64,000 nucleotides of DNA from an uncultured delta proteobacterium. GTDB taxonomy: Bacteria; Desulfobacterota; Binatia; Binatales; Binataceae. Under the pieces are notes generated by a model. It ran no database searches. It worked only from the letters and a program-made list of their open reading frames with translations, and had not been told where the DNA came from. The stretch lies in the NCBI GenBank assembly GCA_963794325.1, contig CAWCDG010000007.1, positions 288,001-352,000 of the forward strand. Direction: 5' to 3'. This document shows, in pieces, positions 50,026-58,807 of the stretch. The first letter of the stretch is position 1; each line of letters opens with the position of its first letter. The translations under genes were made by a program, and so were the position numbers.

Positions 50026-52677
50026 CTAGTTGCCGGTCACCCCCGTGCCGCTCAGCGGGATCTTGTGGATCGTTCCAGCGCTCTCGTACACATTGAGTAC
50101 TCCGCTGTAAGTGGCCACCGCGGTCGGGATAAACGTAACGTCAACGGTGCACGAGGCGCCTGCGGCGAGAGTCGTGCCGCAGGTTTTGGTAAATGTGAAC
50201 GCGGTGGATCCTGTCTTGTTGATCAATCTAATTCCGGCCGGAATCCCGTCGGGATTGCTGATAGTGACGATCTGGTCCGGATTGTCGCCCACCGTGTAGC
50301 CGTTGAAGGCCACCGATGGGGGTGAAACCGTCAGCAACGCGGTGGCGGTCGTGCCGGTACCAGTGAGATCGACCGTAATCACGCCCGAGGGGAGGTTGAA
50401 CGTCAACGCGCCGGTGCGGACGCCCACCGCAGTGGGCGTAAAGTACACGTTCTCGATACAGCTCTTGCCGGCGCCGAGCGACGTTCCACAATTGCCGCTC
50501 TTGGTGAAATTACCGGAGATGGTAACGCTACTGATCGGCGCGGCCGTGGTACCGGAGTTCTTCAGTGTGACCGTTTGTGCCGCACTCCTTATGTTGAGCA
50601 GTTCAGGCGGAAAGACCAGGCTCTCCGGCGTAGCGGCAACCTTAGGAGGCGCACTTGCGCCAGTTCCGCTCAAGCTGACGGTCAGCGGAGCTGCGTTGCT
50701 GGTGACAGTCAGGCTGCCGGTATCGGTGCCGATGATAGTGGGCGTAAATTTGACTGCTATCGCGCAACTGGTCGCCGGAGCCAACGCGATTCCGCAGTTG
50801 TTGGTCTGTGCGTAATCGCCGTTGGTGGCGATCCCCGGTCCCGAGAAGGTCATCGCGCCGGTACCGGTGTTGTTCAGGAACACGGTTTGCCCGCCGCTGG
50901 TGGTATTGATCGCCTGTGGCTGGAAGCTCAGCGATGCGGGAGCAATGCTGGCGATCGGCGCGGTCCCGGTTCCGCTCAGCGCTACCGTTTGCGTGCCGGT
51001 GAAAGCATTGTCGCTGATGGTCAGGGTGCCGGTTTCCTTTCCGGTCACGGTGGGAGCATAGGTGACGCCGATCGTGCAGTTCGAGCCGGCAGTCAAGGTG
51101 GGCCCGCAATTGTCGGTCACCGAGAAATCACCGCTGGCCGCGACATTCGAAATGTTGAGCGGCGCCTCGCCAAAATTTGTCAGGACTACATTCTGCGCCG
51201 GGCTCGATGTTCCCGTGTTCTGGACGGCGAAGGTCAGGTTCGATGGAGCGACGGTTACCGCAGGCACCGGTGACGGGACGGGCACCGCGTAGATGCCGCC
51301 GGCCTGGGAGACGAGGTTGGACGTAGTGAAGCCCGCGCCCGTGGCCACATCGTCGAGCATCGCGAGGTTGTAGGTGTTTGCGATGAAGGTCGTACCGTCG
51401 GAGTCGACCGAAAGTGCCTGCACACCGCTGCCGGTGTTAGTCGAAACCCAATTGGCGCCGGTCATGTCGTCGACGCGGATCACATTGTTGCCGTCGGCCA
51501 CCTCGATTTTTCCGGTGGGATCGATCGCGACGTGAGCGGGCGAGCCGAAAGTATAAATGTAGCTGCCGATGACGGGCGATTGCGTCAGCGTAGTCCAGTT
51601 GGTCCCGGAGATGTCGTCGATGCGGACGAGGCGTCTGTTGCCGCTGTCCGCGATGTAGATCCGGTTGGAGGAATCGACCGCGACTCCCTGCGCGCCGATC
51701 AACTGATCGGTGCCGCTGCCCGGCGTGCCGAACGTGGTCCAGTTGGTTCCCGTCATATCGTCGAAGCTATCGATGCGGCCGTTACCGGGATCCGCGACGT
51801 AGATTTTTCCATTCGAGTCGACGGCGACGTCGGCCAGGCCACCGGTGCTGAACTGCTTCGCGCCGCTGCCGCATGTCCCTAAGCTGACCCAGTTAGCGCC
51901 GGTGATGTCGTCCATGCGGTCGATGCGGCAGTTGTAGGTATCCGCAACATAGATACGTCCCGCAGAATCAACCGTGAGTCCATGTGGGCCATAGAATTGC
52001 TTGACGCCGGTGCCAGTGCTGCCGAGCGTTTGCTCATTGGTGCCAAAGAGGTCGTCTGCTCTGACCACCCGGGAAAAGGAGTAGTCGCTAATGTAGACCG
52101 GGGTGTAGGCAGAATTGACGCCGGTGTAGGCGCAGCATGCAGTCGCCGAGCCTAGGTAGGATGTCAGCGGACCGACGTATGCGTTCGTCTCGCCCTTAAT
52201 CGCTCCGACGACGCCATTGGTGGTTTGAGTTCCGTTAAAATTGCCCGAGAAGCTGTAGTAATAATGAATGTTGCCGCCGCGTCCGCCGCCTGAGGCGGTG
52301 AGCGTCAGAGTCCCGGCGGAAAAGGGAGCCGCGACCGATATCGTCGCGTCGGACGATTGAAAGGAAAAACTGCCGCCGCTGCAATAGTAGTGAATCGCAT
52401 AGGTGCCTGAAGCGGTGGAGGTGATCGGACAATCGAGCGACACGGTTCCCGCCGGATTCGATACCGTCGCGCCGGTTAAGGTGAAATCTGAGCCTAGCGA
52501 GGCCGTTCCGCCCGTGCTGTTGAGGACCAACTGGCTCGCGAAGGCGGATGGAGCAGCCGATATTAGGACCAGAGCAACCGCCAGTCCGAAGGCGATTCGG
52601 CGCCAGGGAAGTGCCGATCTCATGACACGTCGAACAGGGCTAGCAGGAGACGTCTCAGTGATGGTCAGATTCTTCAT
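50026..52677 (-). CDS. Secreted NHL-repeat protein with four C-terminal choice-of-anchor D/ASH Ig-like domains
   Basis: Signal peptide; repeated V-D-S-x-G-x-I-Y-V-A-D (NHL); repeated VxPxxLxF..TVxLxNxG..C..L..GxxC.I.VxFxP..GxLT..LSGTG. Confidence 0.88.
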   Translation of the reverse strand: MKNLTITETSPASPVRRVMRSALPWRRIAFGLAVALVLISAAPSAFASQLVLNSTGGTASLGSDFTLTGATVSNPAGTVSLDCPITSTASGTYAIHYYCSGGSFSFQSSDATISVAAPFSAGTLTLTASGGGRGGNIHYYYSFSGNFNGTQTTNGVVGAIKGETNAYVGPLTSYLGSATACCAYTGVNSAYTPVYISDYSFSRVVRADDLFGTNEQTLGSTGTGVKQFYGPHGLTVDSAGRIYVADTYNCRIDRMDDITGANWVSLGTCGSGAKQFSTGGLADVAVDSNGKIYVADPGNGRIDSFDDMTGTNWTTFGTPGSGTDQLIGAQGVAVDSSNRIYIADSGNRRLVRIDDISGTNWTTLTQSPVIGSYIYTFGSPAHVAIDPTGKIEVADGNNVIRVDDMTGANWVSTNTGSGVQALSVDSDGTTFIANTYNLAMLDDVATGAGFTTSNLVSQAGGIYAVPVPSPVPAVTVAPSNLTFAVQNTGTSSPAQNVVLTNFGEAPLNISNVAASGDFSVTDNCGPTLTAGSNCTIGVTYAPTVTGKETGTLTISDNAFTGTQTVALSGTGTAPIASIAPASLSFQPQAINTTSGGQTVFLNNTGTGAMTFSGPGIATNGDYAQTNNCGIALAPATSCAIAVKFTPTIIGTDTGSLTVTSNAAPLTVSLSGTGASAPPKVAATPESLVFPPELLNIRSAAQTVTLKNSGTTAAPISSVTISGNFTKSGNCGTSLGAGKSCIENVYFTPTAVGVRTGALTFNLPSGVITVDLTGTGTTATALLTVSPPSVAFNGYTVGDNPDQIVTISNPDGIPAGIRLINKTGSTAFTFTKTCGTTLAAGASCTVDVTFIPTAVATYSGVLNVYESAGTIHKIPLSGTGVTGN

Positions 52678-52994
52678 GTTCCCCCAAGTGAATCTTATTG
52701 ATTCAAGCCACTGTGTAATTTCTACAACGAACGAATATAAGGATTCCGCTCATTAAATCAAGCGATCCTGTCTTTTCGCACGACTGTGTAGCATTTTCCT
52801 ACAAACTAGTCGAGGCGCGCGCCCGGGGTTGAGGGCGTTCGGAGTGACGATCGTTCTTATCGTATGGACGCGGCGATATATGCTCGCGATGCGCGAACGT
52901 CGGATAGGTGAGACTCAACTCAGCCAGGCTGGCTGAGCAATCCGCTGATTTTGTCCCCGGTGTCGGCTAACTAACACCAGGGACCTGACCGGTT

Positions 52995-53264
52995 CTAGAA
53001 GAGAATGCCGAGAGTGTCGCCAACGATCTCAAACGGTGCCGCGATTACGTCCCCGACCACATTCCCGGTCGCTCCGACAACGCCCTCGGGCTCATTGTTC
53101 GTGGTGGTGGTCGTGGTGGTAGTTTCATTCGGCGAGTAACCATAACCCGGATCGCTGGTGGTCGTGTAGGTTGTTTGGCGACTCGTGTCAGCGCACGACT
53201 GGAGTAGCGGGCATACGGAAAGGATCGCGGTCACTGCGATCGCGGAGATTATCGACTTTTTCAT
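52995..53264 (-). CDS. Small Thr-rich lipoprotein
   Basis: MKK signal peptide, LQSC lipobox, poly-Thr, C-terminal GVVGATGNVVGDVIAAPF. Confidence 0.8.
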   Translation of the reverse strand: MKKSIISAIAVTAILSVCPLLQSCADTSRQTTYTTTSDPGYGYSPNETTTTTTTTNNEPEGVVGATGNVVGDVIAAPFEIVGDTLGILF

Positions 53265-53411
53265 AATGAGTTCGTCCTTCGCACGCTGGGTAACCGATCT
53301 CTCGACGCTGCGTGCAAAACGTCTTCTATCTAGATGTTGAGCTAGGCTAACTCTCAGTCTTATCGGCCTATGAAACCGTCGAACCTCGACCCGATAGGCG
53401 CTGCCGATTCG

Positions 53412-53483
53412 TCAAACTACGCCCAAGAGCCAAAGTACGAGAACGATCACGACGATGCCTCCCAGAGAAATAGGCAGGTACAT
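53412..53483 (-). CDS. 23-aa single-TM small protein (not in the ORF track)
   Basis: AGGAGG SD 5 nt before ATG; MYLPISLGGIVVIVLVLWLLGVV*. Confidence 0.6.
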   Translation of the reverse strand: MYLPISLGGIVVIVLVLWLLGVV

Positions 53484-53719
53484 ACCAGCCTCCTAAGGCC
53501 TTGCTGAACGAACTTGAATTTGGTCGAGCGGAACGCGGTCAAAGGCGAGTGGAAGGACCGCCGTTTGGGCTGGATCAATTCGGACTCGATTCCTATGTCG
53601 ATCCCGACTCCTTCACAGTACGCCGGGGTGTGATGCAAAGGCCACCTTGGGGCTCCTGCATTTGGCTATATGGAGCACCAAAAGTACCGATTGGAACAGT
53701 GATTTATGCGCGATCCGAT

Positions 53720-54743
53720 TCAGCGGGGCGAGAGGTTGAAGGCGTTGGCGAGGAGTTCATGGGAGCGCAGGCGCGCTTGATGGTCGTGCACGACGGTTAC
53801 GATCATCACTTCGTCGATGTGCAATACGCTGGCGATATCGACCAGCGTGTCGCGGACATGGTCGGGCGTACCGATGATCGCGCGGGGCCATTCGCCAGTC
53901 TCGCGCATCGTCACATCGGCGGGTAGCGGGCCGGGGCCGAGTTCGGCGAGTGCCTCTTCGGGCGTTGGAATCGGACCGCGCATTCCCTGGCGCGCGTGTC
54001 GCACGAATAGCCGCACGCTCGACGCCATCCGTTGAGCTTCGGCGTCGGTCGGTGCGCAGATCGCACTGATTCCCAGAATCGCGGTGGGCGTGGACAGCTC
54101 ATTCGAGGGCTTGAAGTGAGTGCGGTAGTACTCGATCGCGGCGCGCGTGTGAGTCGGATCGATGAAATGCGCGAAGGAGTAGGGCAATCCAAGTTGCGCG
54201 GCGGCGGCGGCGCTCCACATGCTCGAGCCGAGCAGCCAGACAGTCGGGCGCACCGGGCATCGCGGGCGAAAGCTCGATGCGGCTGAAGGCGTGATCGGGG
54301 CGGAAGCCGCCGTGCAGGAACGCGATCAGCTCGAGCAGTTGTTTGGGGAAGTCGTCCTCGGTTTGTTGCGAGTTGCGATCGCGGCGCAGTGCGAATGAGT
54401 CGAGCGGGCTGCCGCCGGGCGCGCGGCCGATGCCGAGATCGATACGGCCGGGATAGAGCGCGTGCAGCACGCGGAAACTCTCGGCGACTTTCATCGGGCT
54501 GTAATGTGGAAGCATCACGCCTCCCGAGCCGACGCGGATGTGCGAGGTCTCAGCCCCGACGCGCGCGATAAGAACTTCGGGCGCGGGACTCGCGAACGCG
54601 CCGGTCGCATGATGCTCGGCGATCCAGTAGCGCTCGAAGCCGAGCCGATCGGCGAGTCGCGCGAGCTCGATAGTGTTGCGAAACGCGTCGGCGGTAGTGA
54701 AGCCGGCGGGGACGGGGCATTGGTCGATGATCGAGAGTTTCAT
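53720..54743 (-). pseudogene. LLM-class flavin-dependent oxidoreductase, frameshifted near 54247 (possibly a sequencing error)
   Basis: RYWIAEHH, GSGGVMLPHY and DLGIGRAPG in one frame; VWLLGSS..GLPYSFAHF in another; one extra C in GCGCCCGACT. Confidence 0.88.
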
Positions 54744-54799
54744 GAAGTTGCTTATAGGGTCATCTTGCGTGGGAGCGTGGAACGATTCCAGAGGCGGAG

Positions 54800-54857
54800 G
54801 GACGGAATAAATTCCGTCCTAGATTTCTCTGAAAGTAGGACGAAATTCATTTCGTCG
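54800..54857. repeat. Two GTAG-type REP palindromes, back to back
   Basis: ggacggaataaattccgtcctag and gtaggacgaaattcatttcgtcg. Confidence 0.7.
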
Positions 54858-54978
54858 ATAGTTTATCTCGCTCTCCTTCGTCGCGCTCTGGTAAAACCAC
54901 CTCGCATTGGCGAGAATCCGCTTGTGTCCCAGCCACACGTGTCGGCGGGACAACACGCCACCCGGAGGACAAATCATC

Positions 54979-56277
54979 ATGAGTTGGGATTTTGAAACTG
55001 AGCCGGAGTTCCAGAAAGAGCTCGATTGGATCGAAAAATTTGTGCGCGAAGAGGTCGAGCCGCTCGAGTTCGTCCTCGATTGTCATCCGTATGACGTGCG
55101 CAATCCGAAACGCAACGCGCTCGTGCGGCCGCTTCAGGCCGAAGTGAAAAAGCGCAAGCTGTGGGCATGCCATCTTGGGCCCGAGCTCGGCGGTCAGGGC
55201 TATGGGCAGGTCAAGCTCGGACTCATGAACGAAATTCTGGGGCGCGCTACTTACGCGCCGATCGTATTCGGATGCCAGGCGCCCGATTCGGGCAACGCCG
55301 AGATCCTCGCGCACTATGGGACGCCTGAGCAAAAGAAAAAATATCTGCAGCCGCTGCTCGACAACGAAATCGTGTCGGCGTTCTCGATGACCGAGCCTCA
55401 GGGCGGTGCCGATCCGAAAGTGTTCACGACCCATGCGGAGCTGAAGGGCGATAGCTGGGTGATCAACGGCGAGAAGTGGTTTTCGTCGAATGCGCATCTC
55501 GCGTCGTTCCTGATCGTGATGGTGGTGACCGATCCCGACGCGAAGGAATACAACCGCATGTCGATGTTTATCGTGCCGAAGGAAACTCCGGGCGTGAACA
55601 TTTTGAAGAACCTCGGCGTCGGGACGCACGAGCGTGGCGGCAGTCACGCGTACATCCGCTACGAAGACGTGCACGTGCCGAAGGATCACATGCTCGGGCC
55701 GCGCGGCGGCGCGTTCGTGGTCGCGCAGACGCGGCTCGGCGGCGGCCGCATTCATCATGCGATGCGCACGATTGGGCAGGTGCGCAAGGCGTTCGACATG
55801 ATGTGCGAGCGGGTGCTGTCGCGCACGACGCAGGGATCGAGGCTCGCGGACAAGCAGATGGTGCAGGAAAAAATCGCGGACTCGTGGATGGAGATCGAGC
55901 AGTTCAGGCTGCTGGTGCTGCGCACTGCGTGGAAGATCGATCGCTATAAGGATTATCTGAAAGTGCGCAAGGACATTGCGGCGGTCAAAGCGCTGATGCC
56001 GAAAGTATTTCACGACGTGGCGGCGCGCGCGCTCCATCTGCATGGATCGCTCGGCGCCACCGGCGAGATGCCATTCGTCGAGCAGGTGATCCAGAGCTTC
56101 CACATGGGACTCGCCGACGGGCCGACCGAGGTCCACAAGATTACGCTCGCGCGCCAGGTGTTGCGCGACTACAAGGCGACCGACGGTTTGTTCCCGACCC
56201 AGCACATCCCGCGGTTGCGCGAAGCTGCGATCAAGAAGTACGCGGATCGGATCGAGCTCGAGGTGGCGAATCAGTAA
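54979..56277 (+). CDS. Acyl-CoA dehydrogenase family protein
   Basis: APDSGNAEIL, FSMTEP, INGEKWFSS, AQTRLGGGRIHHAMR, LADGPTEVH; GGAGG SD. Confidence 0.95.
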   Translation: MSWDFETEPEFQKELDWIEKFVREEVEPLEFVLDCHPYDVRNPKRNALVRPLQAEVKKRKLWACHLGPELGGQGYGQVKLGLMNEILGRATYAPIVFGCQAPDSGNAEILAHYGTPEQKKKYLQPLLDNEIVSAFSMTEPQGGADPKVFTTHAELKGDSWVINGEKWFSSNAHLASFLIVMVVTDPDAKEYNRMSMFIVPKETPGVNILKNLGVGTHERGGSHAYIRYEDVHVPKDHMLGPRGGAFVVAQTRLGGGRIHHAMRTIGQVRKAFDMMCERVLSRTTQGSRLADKQMVQEKIADSWMEIEQFRLLVLRTAWKIDRYKDYLKVRKDIAAVKALMPKVFHDVAARALHLHGSLGATGEMPFVEQVIQSFHMGLADGPTEVHKITLARQVLRDYKATDGLFPTQHIPRLREAAIKKYADRIELEVANQ

Positions 56278-56418
56278 GCAGGTCAGTACATATGGATGAT
56301 CGCCATTTGCGGCGCGCTGTAAAATCTACAGAACTCTTGGCGCAAGTTGTGCCGGATTTTTCGGAGGTTCGATTGGGCATGGAAAGTGCTCCCTTCGATC
56401 CTCGAGAGGAAGACGGCC

Positions 56419-56802
56419 ATGGCCAAGTTGTTTTTATCCTTGGGCTTCTGGATGAGCATCGCGCTGTTCATCGCGCTTGGATATACGCTCAAGAGCGCAT
56501 ACGGCGCAGAGTGCGCAGGATTACCAGATTGCGGTTATACACGCGCAGAGTTCGCGTCATCGACTTTACCAGATGACAATCAACATTTTGAAAACGATTT
56601 TGTTGCCAACGGAAGCGACGTCGCTCGTCGCCACCGATGCGTGGCGAACGCGACGCCGCTTACCTATCCCGACTTCCAGCAGATGGTGAATTTGCAGGCC
56701 GGCGATCGGCCAACCTACGCGCCCGGGTTTTCGCTCACGATGACCCGTCGTCCACCTGAGTTGAGCCTCTGCCCGGGGCCGATCGAAATTCCGCGTCACT
56801 GA
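56419..56802 (+). CDS. Hypothetical exported protein (4 Cys)
   Basis: GAGAGGA SD, signal peptide ending AYG-A. Confidence 0.62.
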   Translation: MAKLFLSLGFWMSIALFIALGYTLKSAYGAECAGLPDCGYTRAEFASSTLPDDNQHFENDFVANGSDVARRHRCVANATPLTYPDFQQMVNLQAGDRPTYAPGFSLTMTRRPPELSLCPGPIEIPRH

Positions 56803-56969
56803 GCCCTCGTTCGGTAGCCGGCTCCCGGCGTCTTAAATTTTCCCCGAAACGAGTTTCGCGACACAGTGTGCCACTGTGAGTTTCAGTTGCATTTCGAAAC
56901 CCGAGTCGGCTAGAACCGAGAAAGCCTTCAGGATTCGCAATCGCAATCAAACCGGAGAGAGGAACGACG

Positions 56970-57437
56970 ATGGAGACGATCAAGTTTGACGATATACCGG
57001 CGCTCACCAAGAAGATCGGCAAAGAATTCGGGCCGTGGAGCGAGCCGATTCACGTCACGCAGGAAAAAATCAATCAGTTCGCCGACGTGACCGGCGACCA
57101 TCAGTGGATTCATATCGATATCGAGCGGTGCAAAAAAGAAAGTCCGTTCGGCGGCCCGGTGGCGCATGGATTTCTCACGCTGAGCCTGCTGCCGGCGTTC
57201 AAGAACACCGACGAGTACGCGGTCACCGGATTTCGCAACGTCGTGAACTACGGCGCGAACAAGCTGCGCTTCGTGTCGCCGGTGCCCGCAGGCGCCAGCG
57301 TGCATGCGCGATCGCGGCTGATCGCGGTCGATCCGCGGCCGATGGGCACGATGCTCACGCGCGAGACGGAGATTCAGGTCGTCGGGCAGCAGAAGCCGGC
57401 GGTGGTTTACGAAGCGCTGATGCTGTTCGTGAAGTAG
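56970..57437 (+). CDS. MaoC family dehydratase
   Basis: FADVTGDHQWIH, AHGFLTLSL, NYGANKLRFVSPV. Confidence 0.94.
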   Translation: METIKFDDIPALTKKIGKEFGPWSEPIHVTQEKINQFADVTGDHQWIHIDIERCKKESPFGGPVAHGFLTLSLLPAFKNTDEYAVTGFRNVVNYGANKLRFVSPVPAGASVHARSRLIAVDPRPMGTMLTRETEIQVVGQQKPAVVYEALMLFVK

Positions 57438-57452
57438 CTGGGAGGCCCGTCG

Positions 57453-58352
57453 ATGGCGTACGAACAGATTATTTACGAGGTCGCCGACAATATCGCGACG
57501 ATCACGCTGAACCGGCCGGAGAAGCTCAACGCCTTCACCGGCATCATGATGAACGAGATGCTCGACGCGTTCGACCAGGCCGACGCGGACGACAACGTTC
57601 GCGCCGTCATCGTGACCGGTGCGGGGCGTGCGTTTTGCGCCGGCGCGGATTTGTCGGCGGGCCCGAGGACGTTCGATGCGTCGCGCGAAGATCGTCCGGA
57701 CCGGAAGGCCGCGATCAAGGCCGACGGCACAGTGGATTGGAGCAACGAAGGGGTTCGCGACGGCGGAGGACGGCTGACCCTGCGCATTTTCGAATGTCTG
57801 AAACCGGTGATCGCGGCGGTCAACGGACCGGCGGTGGGCGTCGGGGTTACCATGCAGCTCGCGATGGACATACGGCTCGCGTCGGAAAATGCGCGCTTCG
57901 GTTTCGTGTTCTCACGGCGCGGGATCGTGCCGGAAGCATGCTCGAGCTGGTTCCTGCCGAAGATCGTCGGGATTTCGCAGGCACTCGAGTGGACCTTCAC
58001 GGGGCGCGTTTTCCCCGCGGAAGAGGCGCTCGAAGGTGGGCTGATCAAAAGGATCTACAAGCCCGATCAACTTATCCCGGCGGCGCGCGCCCTCGCGCGC
58101 GAAGTGGCCGACAACACGTCGCAAGTGTCGGTAGCGTTGATTCGCCAAATGCTGTGGAAGATGGCTGGCGCGGACCATCCGATGGAAGCACACAAGATCG
58201 ACAGCCGCGGAATTTTTGCGCGGGGATCGTCGGCGGATGTGAAAGAGGGCGTCGCGTCGTTTCTGGAAAAGCGTCCGGCGAAATTTCCTGACAAAGTTTC
58301 GAAGGACATGCCGTCGTATTTTCCGTGGTGGCCAGATCGAAAGTACAGTTAG
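57453..58352 (+). CDS. Crotonase/enoyl-CoA hydratase family protein
   Basis: LNRPEKLNAF, FCAGADL, AVNGPAVGVG, GIVPEA, EGVASFLEKR. Confidence 0.94.
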   Translation: MAYEQIIYEVADNIATITLNRPEKLNAFTGIMMNEMLDAFDQADADDNVRAVIVTGAGRAFCAGADLSAGPRTFDASREDRPDRKAAIKADGTVDWSNEGVRDGGGRLTLRIFECLKPVIAAVNGPAVGVGVTMQLAMDIRLASENARFGFVFSRRGIVPEACSSWFLPKIVGISQALEWTFTGRVFPAEEALEGGLIKRIYKPDQLIPAARALAREVADNTSQVSVALIRQMLWKMAGADHPMEAHKIDSRGIFARGSSADVKEGVASFLEKRPAKFPDKVSKDMPSYFPWWPDRKYS

Positions 58353-58386
58353 GAGCGCAAATACAGCTAGTCGATAAGGCCCCGCC

Positions 58387-58791
58387 TCACGCGGGCGGAG
58401 GCCCTTCCGGATGCTGCGGCAGGTCGTCGGTGATCTCGTGCCAGACTGCCTTCGAGCCGACGTAAATGTGACTGCTGGTCCGCACCTTGGGGTCGTCGTC
58501 GAGCGCACCGGCGGGAATCAGCACGACGTTGCGAGTCGGTACGGCGCGCGGCATCGGGCTACCGCAGATACGGCAGAACGAATTTCCAAATCTCTGTGCG
58601 TTCGGCAGCCGATAAGTAGTCACGAGAGTTTCGCCTCGAAGCCATCGGAACGCGCCAGCCGGCACGAACAGATTGGCAGCGAACGCCGCGCCACGCGCCT
58701 TGCGGCATCGCGAGCAATGACAGTTGCGCAGCTCGATTGGATCGCCGGCCTCGAAGGCAACGGCGCCACACAGGCAACTCCCCTTGGTCAT
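58387..58791 (-). CDS. GFA (CENP-V/GFA) family protein
   Basis: GSCLCG, CHCSRCRK, FCRICGS. Confidence 0.92.
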   Translation of the reverse strand: MTKGSCLCGAVAFEAGDPIELRNCHCSRCRKARGAAFAANLFVPAGAFRWLRGETLVTTYRLPNAQRFGNSFCRICGSPMPRAVPTRNVVLIPAGALDDDPKVRTSSHIYVGSKAVWHEITDDLPQHPEGPPPA

Positions 58792-58807
58792 TGCGAAATC
58801 CTCCCGT

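Noticed and set aside
53501-53926. 141-aa plus-strand ORF
   Set aside because: Half overlaps the LLM gene antisense, has no SD or motifs, and the rest is probably the promoter region of the microprotein
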